This document shows positions 11,048 through 18,882 of a DNA stretch of 64,000 nucleotides, in pieces. How positions within the stretch are numbered: position 1 is the stretch's first letter; each line of letters begins with the position of its first letter. Position numbers and translations under genes: made by a program. The DNA is from Candidatus Buchananbacteria bacterium (GTDB lineage Bacteria; Patescibacteriota; Patescibacteriia; Buchananbacterales; UBA6539): positions 432,916 through 496,915 of the forward strand of contig JABWCG010000001.1 in NCBI GenBank assembly GCA_013359225.1, given 5' to 3'. The notes below the pieces were generated by a model, which did no database searches, was not told where the DNA came from, and saw only the letters and a program-made list of their open reading frames with translations.

Positions 11048-11722
11048 ATGTCAAACCACATCGGAAAACTTATCGTCATTGAAGGAATTGATGGTTCTGG
11101 TAAAGCCACTCAAACCAGAATTCTTTTTGAAAAACTTAAAGCTTCGCACCTGGATGTTGAGACAATTGATTTTCCTCAGTACACTAACAATTTTTTCGGC
11201 CGGCAGGTGAGGCGCTATCTAAATGGTGAATTTGGCGATCCAACAAAAGTTAATCCTTATCTGGCTTCAATTCTTTACGCTGCCGACCGCTGGGAATCAA
11301 GCGATAAAATCAAGCAGTGGCTTGATCAAGGAAAGATTGTCTTGCTGGACCGATATTATACAAGCAACCTTATCCACCAGGGTACTAAATTTTCTCAAGA
11401 TGAGTTAGAGAAATTTATTTCCTGGAATGAAGCAATGGAGTTTGATACTTTTCAAATCCCCAGACCCGACCTAATACTCTATCTTCATTTACCGGCGGCT
11501 ATGGCCTATGATCTGATTACCAAGCGCGGCCAAGGCCACGACGGACATGATACGCTTGAACATATGCAAACCGCCGAAACCCGATGTCAATATCTTGCCG
11601 CAAAACTTAACTGGCAAACCATTGAGTGTTGCGATACTACCGGGCTCTTACCAATTGAGGAAATCGCCAACATCATCTGGCACGCACTACAACCAATACT
11701 TGAGAAAAATAAAATTTTATAG
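11048..11722 (+). CDS. tmk: Thymidylate kinase
   Basis: 224 aa. The P-loop reads IVIEGIDGSGKATQ, and the DRY motif and lid region are present. Confidence 0.9.
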   Translation: MSNHIGKLIVIEGIDGSGKATQTRILFEKLKASHLDVETIDFPQYTNNFFGRQVRRYLNGEFGDPTKVNPYLASILYAADRWESSDKIKQWLDQGKIVLLDRYYTSNLIHQGTKFSQDELEKFISWNEAMEFDTFQIPRPDLILYLHLPAAMAYDLITKRGQGHDGHDTLEHMQTAETRCQYLAAKLNWQTIECCDTTGLLPIEEIANIIWHALQPILEKNKIL

Positions 11723-11727
11723 CTAAA

Positions 11728-11756
11728 ATTAAGCCTGATTTTAGGCTTTATTTTTC
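11728..11756 (+). terminator. Terminator after tmk
   Basis: Stem AAGCCT / AGGCTT with a loop GATTTT, followed by TATTTTT. Confidence 0.5.
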
Positions 11757-11811
11757 AGGCAGTTTATGATAAGCTAGTACAGTAAAACAATCATTTTTAT
11801 CAAAATATCCT

Positions 11812-13347
11812 ATGAAATTAACCCCGGTAATTGGGCTGGAAATCCATGTTCAATTAAAGACTAAATCAAAAATGTTTTCCCCGGCCGATAATACTGGCGA
11901 AGACAAGCCCGCTAACACCACCATTAATCCGATTGATCTGGCCCATCCTGGCACCCTGCCAGTAACAAACCGCCAAGCGGTTGAATGGTCAGTCATGTCA
12001 GCAATGGCCATTAACTGCACCATCCCCGAAATTTCCAAATTTGACCGCAAAAGTTATTTTTATCCCGACCTGCCCAAGGGTTACCAAATTTCACAATATG
12101 ATCAGCCTATCGGCCTGAAAGGCTATTTAGATATCGAAACAAAAGACGGTCAGCGACGAATTGGCATCACCCGCCTCCACCTCGAAGAAGATGCCGCTAA
12201 AAATTTCCACTCAGCCGATGGTAAATATACACTGGTAGATTACAACCGCGCCGGCACACCGCTGATGGAAATTGTTACCGAACCTGACATGCGCACCCCC
12301 GCTGAAGCTAAAACTTTCATGCAAGAGCTACGCATGATTATGCGCTATCTCGGAGTATCTGACGCGGACATGGAGAAAGGTCATTTGCGTTGTGATGCAA
12401 ATATTTCTCTTACTGACCAAGACCCGGAAAATATCAACATTAAAAAACTTAAACCAAAAACTGAAGTTAAAAACATTAACTCATTTCGAGCTGTCGAAAA
12501 AGCTTTGGAGTATGAGATTAAACGACAAACAAAGCTATGGGAGGAAGGAAAAATTCCTGATACACAAACAACTCGCGGCTGGAATGAAGACAAAGGCGTT
12601 ACCGAAGAACAGCGCACTAAGGAGGAAGCATCAGACTATCGATATTTCCCAGAACCGGATTTGCCACCAATTAATTTCACCCCCGGAGCGCCAAATGCAA
12701 TCGATGTAGCAAAAATCAAAAATAGTTTGCCAGAGTTACCTCAAAACAAACGCCTTCGCTTTATTCAAGAATTTGAATTAAGCCCCGACAATGCCAAAAT
12801 CATCACTGATGATAAAGGTTTAGCCAACTTCTTTGAACAGGCAATGTCTGAGCTTCGCGCCTGGCTAATTTCGCTGGATGAAACCGAAGGTACCAAAGAA
12901 GAAATTTGGGATACTAACAAGGCCAAGCTTGCTAAGCTATGCGCCAACTGGCTAATCAATAAACTAATGGCTTTGATTTACAAAGAAAATAAAGATCTGC
13001 AAAGCTGTCAGGAAATCACCGCTGAAAATTTTGCTGAATTTATATCGCTTGTTTATCAAAATAAAATCAACTCAACCGTTGCTCAAAAAATTCTTGAAAA
13101 AATGCACCAAACCGGCAAAGATCCTTCGGTTATCATAGAAGAAGATGATTTAGGCAGTACCCAAGACAGTGGAGCTTTAGAAAAGATTATTGACCAAATA
13201 ATCATTAATAACCCAAAACAGGTTGAACAATATAAAAATGGCAAGGAAACACTTATTCAGTTTTTTGTTGGCCAGGTGATGAAAGAAACCAAGGGTCAGG
13301 CTGACCCAAATGAAACTAAAGATTTACTAACAAATAAACTAAAATAA
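11812..13347 (+). CDS. gatB: Asp/Glu-tRNA(Asn/Gln) amidotransferase subunit B
   Basis: 511 aa. The N-terminus reads MKLTPVIGLEIHVQLKTKSKMF. The GatB/YqeY C-terminal domain is present. Confidence 0.93.
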   Translation: MKLTPVIGLEIHVQLKTKSKMFSPADNTGEDKPANTTINPIDLAHPGTLPVTNRQAVEWSVMSAMAINCTIPEISKFDRKSYFYPDLPKGYQISQYDQPIGLKGYLDIETKDGQRRIGITRLHLEEDAAKNFHSADGKYTLVDYNRAGTPLMEIVTEPDMRTPAEAKTFMQELRMIMRYLGVSDADMEKGHLRCDANISLTDQDPENINIKKLKPKTEVKNINSFRAVEKALEYEIKRQTKLWEEGKIPDTQTTRGWNEDKGVTEEQRTKEEASDYRYFPEPDLPPINFTPGAPNAIDVAKIKNSLPELPQNKRLRFIQEFELSPDNAKIITDDKGLANFFEQAMSELRAWLISLDETEGTKEEIWDTNKAKLAKLCANWLINKLMALIYKENKDLQSCQEITAENFAEFISLVYQNKINSTVAQKILEKMHQTGKDPSVIIEEDDLGSTQDSGALEKIIDQIIINNPKQVEQYKNGKETLIQFFVGQVMKETKGQADPNETKDLLTNKLK

Positions 13348-13348
13348 T

Positions 13349-13636
13349 ATGCCAGGATTAGACCGTCTCGAAAGACAAGGTGAACCAATTTTCGCTGAAG
13401 AAGAAAATCCAAATAAAGTTTTAGATGCAATTAGTCTTTTGGAACAGCTTGGGCCTAACCCAAACGTCTACGAACTGCCAACCGGCGATTTGTTTAGACC
13501 ATATGCTGATGCCGCCGAAACTTTCATCAGCGCTTTCAATAGAGAAGACAAAGCTGCACTTGATAATAAACAACTAAAGCGCTTAGCTGAAGAAATCAGG
13601 ACCGTCTCAACGACAATGAGTAAAGAAGTTGCCTAA
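13349..13636 (+). CDS. Hypothetical acidic protein (95 aa) immediately downstream of gatB
   Basis: The start abuts the gatB stop. No recognisable family. A GatC-like function is not supported by the sequence. Confidence 0.45.
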   Translation: MPGLDRLERQGEPIFAEEENPNKVLDAISLLEQLGPNPNVYELPTGDLFRPYADAAETFISAFNREDKAALDNKQLKRLAEEIRTVSTTMSKEVA

Positions 13637-13639
13637 AAT

Positions 13640-13682
13640 AAAAAAACAGCCTCGGATAAAACTATCGGGGCTCTTTTTTTAT
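13640..13682. terminator. Probable bidirectional terminator between the 13349-13636 gene and miaA
   Basis: A weak stem AGCC...GGCT is flanked by AAAAAAA upstream and TTTTTTT downstream. Confidence 0.35.
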
Positions 13683-14587
13683 TTTAAAAAATTATTCACC
13701 AATATAACGATTTTTGAATAATCATTTTCCCAAATTACACTCTTATCACGTTTAAACCAAGTCATCTGCCGCTTTGAAAAATCTTTAATTGCCTTTTCCA
13801 AAGATTCATACATTTCTTGATAAGTCGTCTTTCCTTGCAGATAACGGGCAATAAAGCGATATTCCAAACCAAAGGCCTCTAACCTTTTCCAACTAACACC
13901 GGACTGACGCAGTTTTTTAACCTCTTGAATCATTGCCTCTTTTTCAAGCCTAGTTCGCAACCGTTTACTAATTCGCTTAACCAAAACTTCCTGCGGGAAA
14001 GCGACACCGATCTTCAAAAAATCAAAATTTGGTTTTGATTTTCCAACTAATGCTGACTTTGGCTTACCGGTCTGATAATAAATTTCCAAAGCACGCTGAA
14101 CCCGACGACGATTATGGCGGTCAATATGAGCATACGTTTTAAAATCAACCCTTTTTAGCTCCCGCAGCAACTCATCTAATGTTTTTTTGGATAACCTAGA
14201 TCGAATAATTTTATTATTACCGGCCGGCGGCAGTAAATACCCTTCCGTAATTGCCGAAATATAAAGGCCAGTGCCGCCGCAAATAACTGGAACTTTTCCC
14301 CGCTTCAAGATATTTTTTATTTCTTGATTAGCCATCATTTGCCACCGAGCAACACTAAAATCCCTTTTGGGAGAGGCGCAATCAATCAGGTGGTATCGTA
14401 CGCCGGCATATTCTTTTAAATCTTTACCGCTACCAACATCCATCCCCCGATAGACTTGACGTGAATCAGCCGAAATTATTTCACCGTTAAATCGCTTTGC
14501 AAGACGAACGGCAATCTTTGTTTTTCCAGCAGCCGTCGTGCCAAGGATAATGATAACTTTATTATTTTCTTCCATGAATTTCTTCAA
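13679..14587 (-). CDS. miaA: tRNA dimethylallyltransferase
   Basis: 302 aa. The P-loop reads IIILGTTAAGKTKIAV. The motifs ISADSRQVYRGMDVGSGK and GGTGLY are present. Confidence 0.9.
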   Translation of the reverse strand: MKKFMEENNKVIIILGTTAAGKTKIAVRLAKRFNGEIISADSRQVYRGMDVGSGKDLKEYAGVRYHLIDCASPKRDFSVARWQMMANQEIKNILKRGKVPVICGGTGLYISAITEGYLLPPAGNNKIIRSRLSKKTLDELLRELKRVDFKTYAHIDRHNRRRVQRALEIYYQTGKPKSALVGKSKPNFDFLKIGVAFPQEVLVKRISKRLRTRLEKEAMIQEVKKLRQSGVSWKRLEAFGLEYRFIARYLQGKTTYQEMYESLEKAIKDFSKRQMTWFKRDKSVIWENDYSKIVILVNNFLK

Positions 14588-16325
14588 CTAATCGGTCAAA
14601 AAACTCATCTCGACCAATCAGTTCAACTTCCTTTTTGCCTCTGATTCTTACCTGAAGATCTTTACTCTTAGCTTCTTTCTCACCAATTACTAACATATAC
14701 GGAACTTTTGATTTTTCGGCCTTACGAATCTTATTGCCAACAGTTTCGTCAGCTTGGTCAACTTCAACTCTAATACCTTTACTTTTTAATTCCTCAGCTA
14801 ACTTCTGACAATTACTGACAAAGTCGGCCCCGACCGGAATGATTTGAACCTGAATTGGTGCCAACCAGACAGGAAACGCTCCGGCATAATGCTCAATTAA
14901 TATTCCCAAAAATCGTTCCGGCGAACCAATTAAAGCACGGTGGATCATTACCGGAGTCTTTTCCGAACCGTCCTTATCAATATACCGTAAGCCAAACCGA
15001 TTCGGCATACTAAAATCAATTTGAATTGTTGAAAGTTGCCACTCGCGGCCAATTGCATCTTTAGCCATTAAATCCATTTTAGGGCCGTAAAACGCGGCCT
15101 CACCTTCACCAATTTTATACTCAATTTTATTGTCTTTCAAAATTGATTCCAATATACCTTCGGCCTTATCCCAAACCTGATCTTCGCCAATATATTTTTC
15201 TTTATGATTCTTATCGCGTAATGAAAGCCGGATCCAGTAATCCATTTTATAAGTCTTCATTACTTCCTTAATCGCTTCCAGCACAGCATTAAACTCCTGT
15301 TGAATTTGATCTTCGCGGCAAAAACAGTGGCCGTCATCCTGAGCAAAACATCGCAAGCGTGCCAAACCATTAAGTTCGCCCGGTTTCTCATCCCGATACA
15401 AATTGGAAAAATCAGCAAACCGAATTGGCAAGTCCTTGTAACTACGAAGTTGCGATGCATAAATTTGAGTATGCTGTGGACAATTCATCGGTTTAAGATA
15501 ATATTGTTCATCTGTGTAATGAGATTTAACTTCAAGCATATCATCCTTATACTTGTCATAATGCCCTGAAATTTTAAACAATTCAGCCTTGTTGATGTTG
15601 GGAGTATGGACTTCTTGGTAACCAATTTTACCCTGTAATTCATTCGAATAGTTAATAATCAGCTTTCTAATCAAAGCCCCCTTTGGTGTATACATCGGCA
15701 TACCGGGACCAATTAATTCGGAAAATACAAACAAGCCAAGCTCTTTACCGAGTTTTCGATGATCGCGTTTTTCCGCTTCCGCCAACATATCAAGGTACTG
15801 TTTCAAATCATTTTCCGAAGCAAAGGCAGTTCCGTAAATACGAGTCAACATTTTGTTTTTCTCGTTTCCGCGCCAATAAGCTCCGGCCAATTTCATTAAC
15901 TTGACAGCACCAATTTCTTTGGTTGATTTAACATGGGGTCCGGCGCACATATCATTAAATTTACGCTTACCGTCCTGCGCGACCATAACATAAAAACTCA
16001 ACTTCTTTTCGCCCTCCTTTTTTAGATCCTCAGCCAGTTCCACCTTATACGGCTGTTTTTTCTTTTTAAGATACTTAATTGCCTCATCAGTTTCCACGTC
16101 GTACTGCTCCATTTTCTGATTTTGTTTAATAATATGTTTCATCACCTTTTCGATTTCTTTTAGATCATCATCAGTCGGCATTTTTTTACCAAAATCAAAA
16201 TCATAATAAAAACCGTCTTCGATTGCCGGACCAATCGCGATTTTAGCATCAGGAAAAAGTTCTAAAACTGCCTGAGCCATGACGTGTGAAGCGGTGTGTC
16301 TAATTTTTAGTAATTTTTCGTCCAT
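14562..16325 (-). CDS. thrS: Threonyl-tRNA synthetase; starts at the editing (N2) domain and lacks the N-terminal TGS domain
   Basis: 587 aa. The editing motif HTASHVMAQAV is present. Class II aaRS catalytic motifs and the anticodon-binding domain are present. Confidence 0.93.
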   Translation of the reverse strand: MDEKLLKIRHTASHVMAQAVLELFPDAKIAIGPAIEDGFYYDFDFGKKMPTDDDLKEIEKVMKHIIKQNQKMEQYDVETDEAIKYLKKKKQPYKVELAEDLKKEGEKKLSFYVMVAQDGKRKFNDMCAGPHVKSTKEIGAVKLMKLAGAYWRGNEKNKMLTRIYGTAFASENDLKQYLDMLAEAEKRDHRKLGKELGLFVFSELIGPGMPMYTPKGALIRKLIINYSNELQGKIGYQEVHTPNINKAELFKISGHYDKYKDDMLEVKSHYTDEQYYLKPMNCPQHTQIYASQLRSYKDLPIRFADFSNLYRDEKPGELNGLARLRCFAQDDGHCFCREDQIQQEFNAVLEAIKEVMKTYKMDYWIRLSLRDKNHKEKYIGEDQVWDKAEGILESILKDNKIEYKIGEGEAAFYGPKMDLMAKDAIGREWQLSTIQIDFSMPNRFGLRYIDKDGSEKTPVMIHRALIGSPERFLGILIEHYAGAFPVWLAPIQVQIIPVGADFVSNCQKLAEELKSKGIRVEVDQADETVGNKIRKAEKSKVPYMLVIGEKEAKSKDLQVRIRGKKEVELIGRDEFFDRLVEEIHGRK

Positions 16326-16884
16326 ATTTTTTATGGTTAATTTTATTTAAATATTCTTCCCGCAATAAACCCATATGAATTTGATCATGCCAATATCCTT
16401 CGCGGTAAATGTGCTGCCGAAAAATTCCTTCTTGCTTAAAACCAATTTTTTCATACGACTTTTGTCCGCGAAAATTATAGGCAATAAAATTTAAATGAAT
16501 TCGATGCAATTTTAACTTCTTAAACCCATAATCAACAATAAGCTTGCCAGCTTCCGTACCACAACCCTGACCCCAATATTTTTTATCACCAATACTGATG
16601 CCATATTCTGCTATACCAACCGTATTTTTAGGCACCCGTAAACTAACAACTCCGACATGGACCCCTTCAATTGTATCAATTGCCAAAACTAAATTTCGCT
16701 TATTACGATTAGTTTCCCTAATCCATTCCCGTTCTTCTTTAAGCGTGGGTGGCGCCTGATCATAAATACTTAAATATTTAGTAACTTCACGGTCCTTCAA
16801 CCATTGGCAAAAACGCGGCGCATCATCCAATGACAGCGGACGTAAAACGACTTTTTTACCTTTGAGAATAAATTTTTTTGCCAT
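16300..16884 (-). CDS. GNAT family N-acetyltransferase (RimJ/RimL-like)
   Basis: 194 aa with the GNAT core WGQGCGTEAGKLIVDYGF. It overlaps the thrS start by 26 nt. Confidence 0.8.
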   Translation of the reverse strand: MAKKFILKGKKVVLRPLSLDDAPRFCQWLKDREVTKYLSIYDQAPPTLKEEREWIRETNRNKRNLVLAIDTIEGVHVGVVSLRVPKNTVGIAEYGISIGDKKYWGQGCGTEAGKLIVDYGFKKLKLHRIHLNFIAYNFRGQKSYEKIGFKQEGIFRQHIYREGYWHDQIHMGLLREEYLNKINHKKYGRKITKN

Positions 16885-16893
16885 ATTTTAAAC

Positions 16894-16927
16894 AAAAAAC
16901 CCAAGCCAGATTTATTTTCTGCTTGGG
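16894..16927 (-). terminator. Minus-strand rho-independent terminator with no annotated gene feeding it
   Basis: Stem CCCAAGC / GCTTGGG with a 14-nt loop. On the minus strand it is followed by TTTTTT. It lies just upstream of the GNAT start. Confidence 0.45.
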
Positions 16928-17113
16928 ACCCTTAAGCGGGTGGTTCCACCCAAGTTCCTCGCCTTAAGCTTAAAGCGGGCACTTTTCTATGAATTGGCCT
17001 AAAATTTAGTCCCCAACAACGGGAGTTTACAAAACATGAAGTTGGTAGCTTCATCAATCATTCTAGGTATTTTTATTATAGATTATTGACGACGTAATGT
17101 CAACCTCACCTTT

Positions 17114-17142
17114 TTGACGGCACTTGGCAAAATTAGTATTAT
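17114..17142 (+). promoter_or_regulatory. Candidate promoter for gene 17242-17562 (TTGACG, 17-nt spacer, TATTAT)
   Basis: Consensus-like hexamers lie about 100 nt upstream of the strong Shine-Dalgarno AAAGGAGG. Confidence 0.4.
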
Positions 17143-17241
17143 ATAGTTAACAATTTCATCTAAAATAGCAAAGTTAAGTAATGTTTTGTTCATTTTACAA
17201 GATATTTTGGAGAAGGAGTCAAAAGCAAAGGAGGATCACAG

Positions 17242-17562
17242 ATGTTTAACTTGTTAGTTTCAGCTGCATTGGTGGCACTGGGAATTGGTCTGGGAACAGT
17301 AATCAGCCGAATATGCGCCGGTACCAAAATCGATGACCAGTCCGCAAGACTGGCTTCAGCATTAAAGCAGGCAACGACTGAGTTCCATCACGTCGAACTA
17401 AACTATCAACGCATGACTCCACGGTTCATTTGTACGATCTACGACGATGGGTATCCCTGCTATGGCAAGTCTAGTAACGCAACCAGAGCTGTCGAATTAG
17501 CTCTACAGGCGACACAAGAAACCAGGGACGGGAAACTACTCTCTGAGCTAGCCGAAGCGTGA
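17242..17562 (+). CDS. Hypothetical small secreted or membrane-anchored protein (106 aa), elevated GC
   Basis: A strong Shine-Dalgarno AAAGGAGG lies 7 nt before the ATG. An N-terminal hydrophobic segment (LLVSAALVALGIGLGTVI) is present. GC is about 48% against a local background of about 38%. It is flanked by a promoter and terminators. Confidence 0.5.
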   Translation: MFNLLVSAALVALGIGLGTVISRICAGTKIDDQSARLASALKQATTEFHHVELNYQRMTPRFICTIYDDGYPCYGKSSNATRAVELALQATQETRDGKLLSELAEA

Positions 17563-17570
17563 TACCAGCT

Positions 17571-17598
17571 GGGGAAGGATTGGCTTCCCCTCTTTCTC
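17571..17598 (+). terminator. Terminator-like hairpin after gene 17242-17562
   Basis: Stem GGGGAAG / CTTCCCC with a 6-nt loop, followed by a T-rich stretch TCTTTCTCT. Confidence 0.4.
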
Positions 17599-17641
17599 TA
17601 AGGTATTTATTTCTGCGATAATAAACGCGCGTGGGCCAAAA

Positions 17642-17677
17642 TAAAATTCAGTCGCTTGGAGGCGACTGAATTTTTTA
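17642..17677. terminator. Bidirectional rho-independent terminator
   Basis: A perfect 11-bp stem AATTCAGTCGC / GCGACTGAATT with a loop TTGGAGG. An A-run lies 5' and TTTTTT lies 3'. Confidence 0.65.
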
Positions 17678-17690
17678 AGTAACCAATAAT

Positions 17691-18845
17691 TTACTGCCCG
17701 ACTATAATTTCAATCTTGTCTTTAATCCGGGGAATTTTTTTTAACCAGGCAGGATGGAACTCTACAGTCACTGATTGGATTTCTGAAAACTGAGAGAAAT
17801 AGGCCTGGACTTCTTCCGAAGTCATACCACCAAGTTCCGATTTATCAATTGTGTCATTAAGTTCCGAGATAATTGAACTGCCTGATAAAGAAACTTTAAC
17901 ACTCGCCTCTCCTGATTCAACATTATACTGCTCCACCTGATAATTAAAACTTTTCGGGTCAAGATCAAGTAATTGTTTTTCCGACGGCAATTCCGATTTT
18001 AATTTTTCGCGGGCTAAGCTCATTACCCGGCTTTCATCAAAAACCACCACTACGGTTTCAAGATTCATTGATGTTTTGAACTCTGAAATTTCATCACCAA
18101 CCTTTGAATCAAAGGTTGTCTGACCAACCTTAGAAGAAACTAGTTTTGGCCAAAGCCGTTCTTCTGCTTCAAGCTGGTCGTTAACATCATTTAAGGCTTT
18201 TTGGAATAAGCTATCTCTGAGTTTCTTTTCGGCGTCCGTCAAATCCTGATCAGTCACAACGGAAACTTGATACCCTCCCGGACGAAGAGTATTTTCAACT
18301 TCCGCATAAATTTGCTCCTGAAGCGGCCCCCAAAGTCCCGGCATAATCAATTTGGTCGGTTTTATTTCCTTAAAATTTTCCGGATCCTCGGGGTAGACTG
18401 GTACTTTTATTTTTTGGCCAGGCCCAACACTAACCGTTCGATCCAGACGCAGCAAAATTACCGACGGATTTTCCGCAGCAGCTAACCGGGTCGTTCTGAC
18501 TAATGACTGTTCTTTTGTATAATTGTTAACAATCGTCACCTCTCCCAAGATATCTGATTCAACTGATTTAGCACCGGTGGATGGAAAAATTTCCTCACCC
18601 GAAACGGTAAGCACCTTGATCCGGCCCGGTACAATATTAGTGTCAGTAAGCGATCCTAGGTTTGAACGATCTTTAACATTAAAAACAAACTCCTGGTTGA
18701 CAGTCTGAGCGCTTGGTGTCACAACAATAACCACCTTAGCCAAGGCCAAATAAAAAACTAAAGCCGAGACCAAAATAGACAAAATAAAAAAGCCGAGACC
18801 GATTTTTCGGTATGACTTTGGCAATATGTACGACGCATCCCTCAT
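17691..18845 (-). CDS. Hypothetical signal-anchored protein; start taken at the internal Met (MRDASY...) to avoid a 50-nt overlap with dnaE
   Basis: About 384 aa with a single N-terminal TM helix and a large soluble domain. No recognised family. Confidence 0.6.
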   Translation of the reverse strand: MRDASYILPKSYRKIGLGFFILSILVSALVFYLALAKVVIVVTPSAQTVNQEFVFNVKDRSNLGSLTDTNIVPGRIKVLTVSGEEIFPSTGAKSVESDILGEVTIVNNYTKEQSLVRTTRLAAAENPSVILLRLDRTVSVGPGQKIKVPVYPEDPENFKEIKPTKLIMPGLWGPLQEQIYAEVENTLRPGGYQVSVVTDQDLTDAEKKLRDSLFQKALNDVNDQLEAEERLWPKLVSSKVGQTTFDSKVGDEISEFKTSMNLETVVVVFDESRVMSLAREKLKSELPSEKQLLDLDPKSFNYQVEQYNVESGEASVKVSLSGSSIISELNDTIDKSELGGMTSEEVQAYFSQFSEIQSVTVEFHPAWLKKIPRIKDKIEIIVGQ

Positions 18846-18882
18846 ATTAATATAATACAGAAAAAATACTAAGCTGGCAACG

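Noticed and set aside
16928-17010. SRP (4.5S) RNA candidate on the minus strand (GGCGAGGAACUUGGGUGGAACCACCC)
   Set aside because: It lacks the conserved helix-8 GGAA tetraloop and symmetric loop (AGG/AGCA) in a convincing arrangement. It is kept only as an unexplained structured region.
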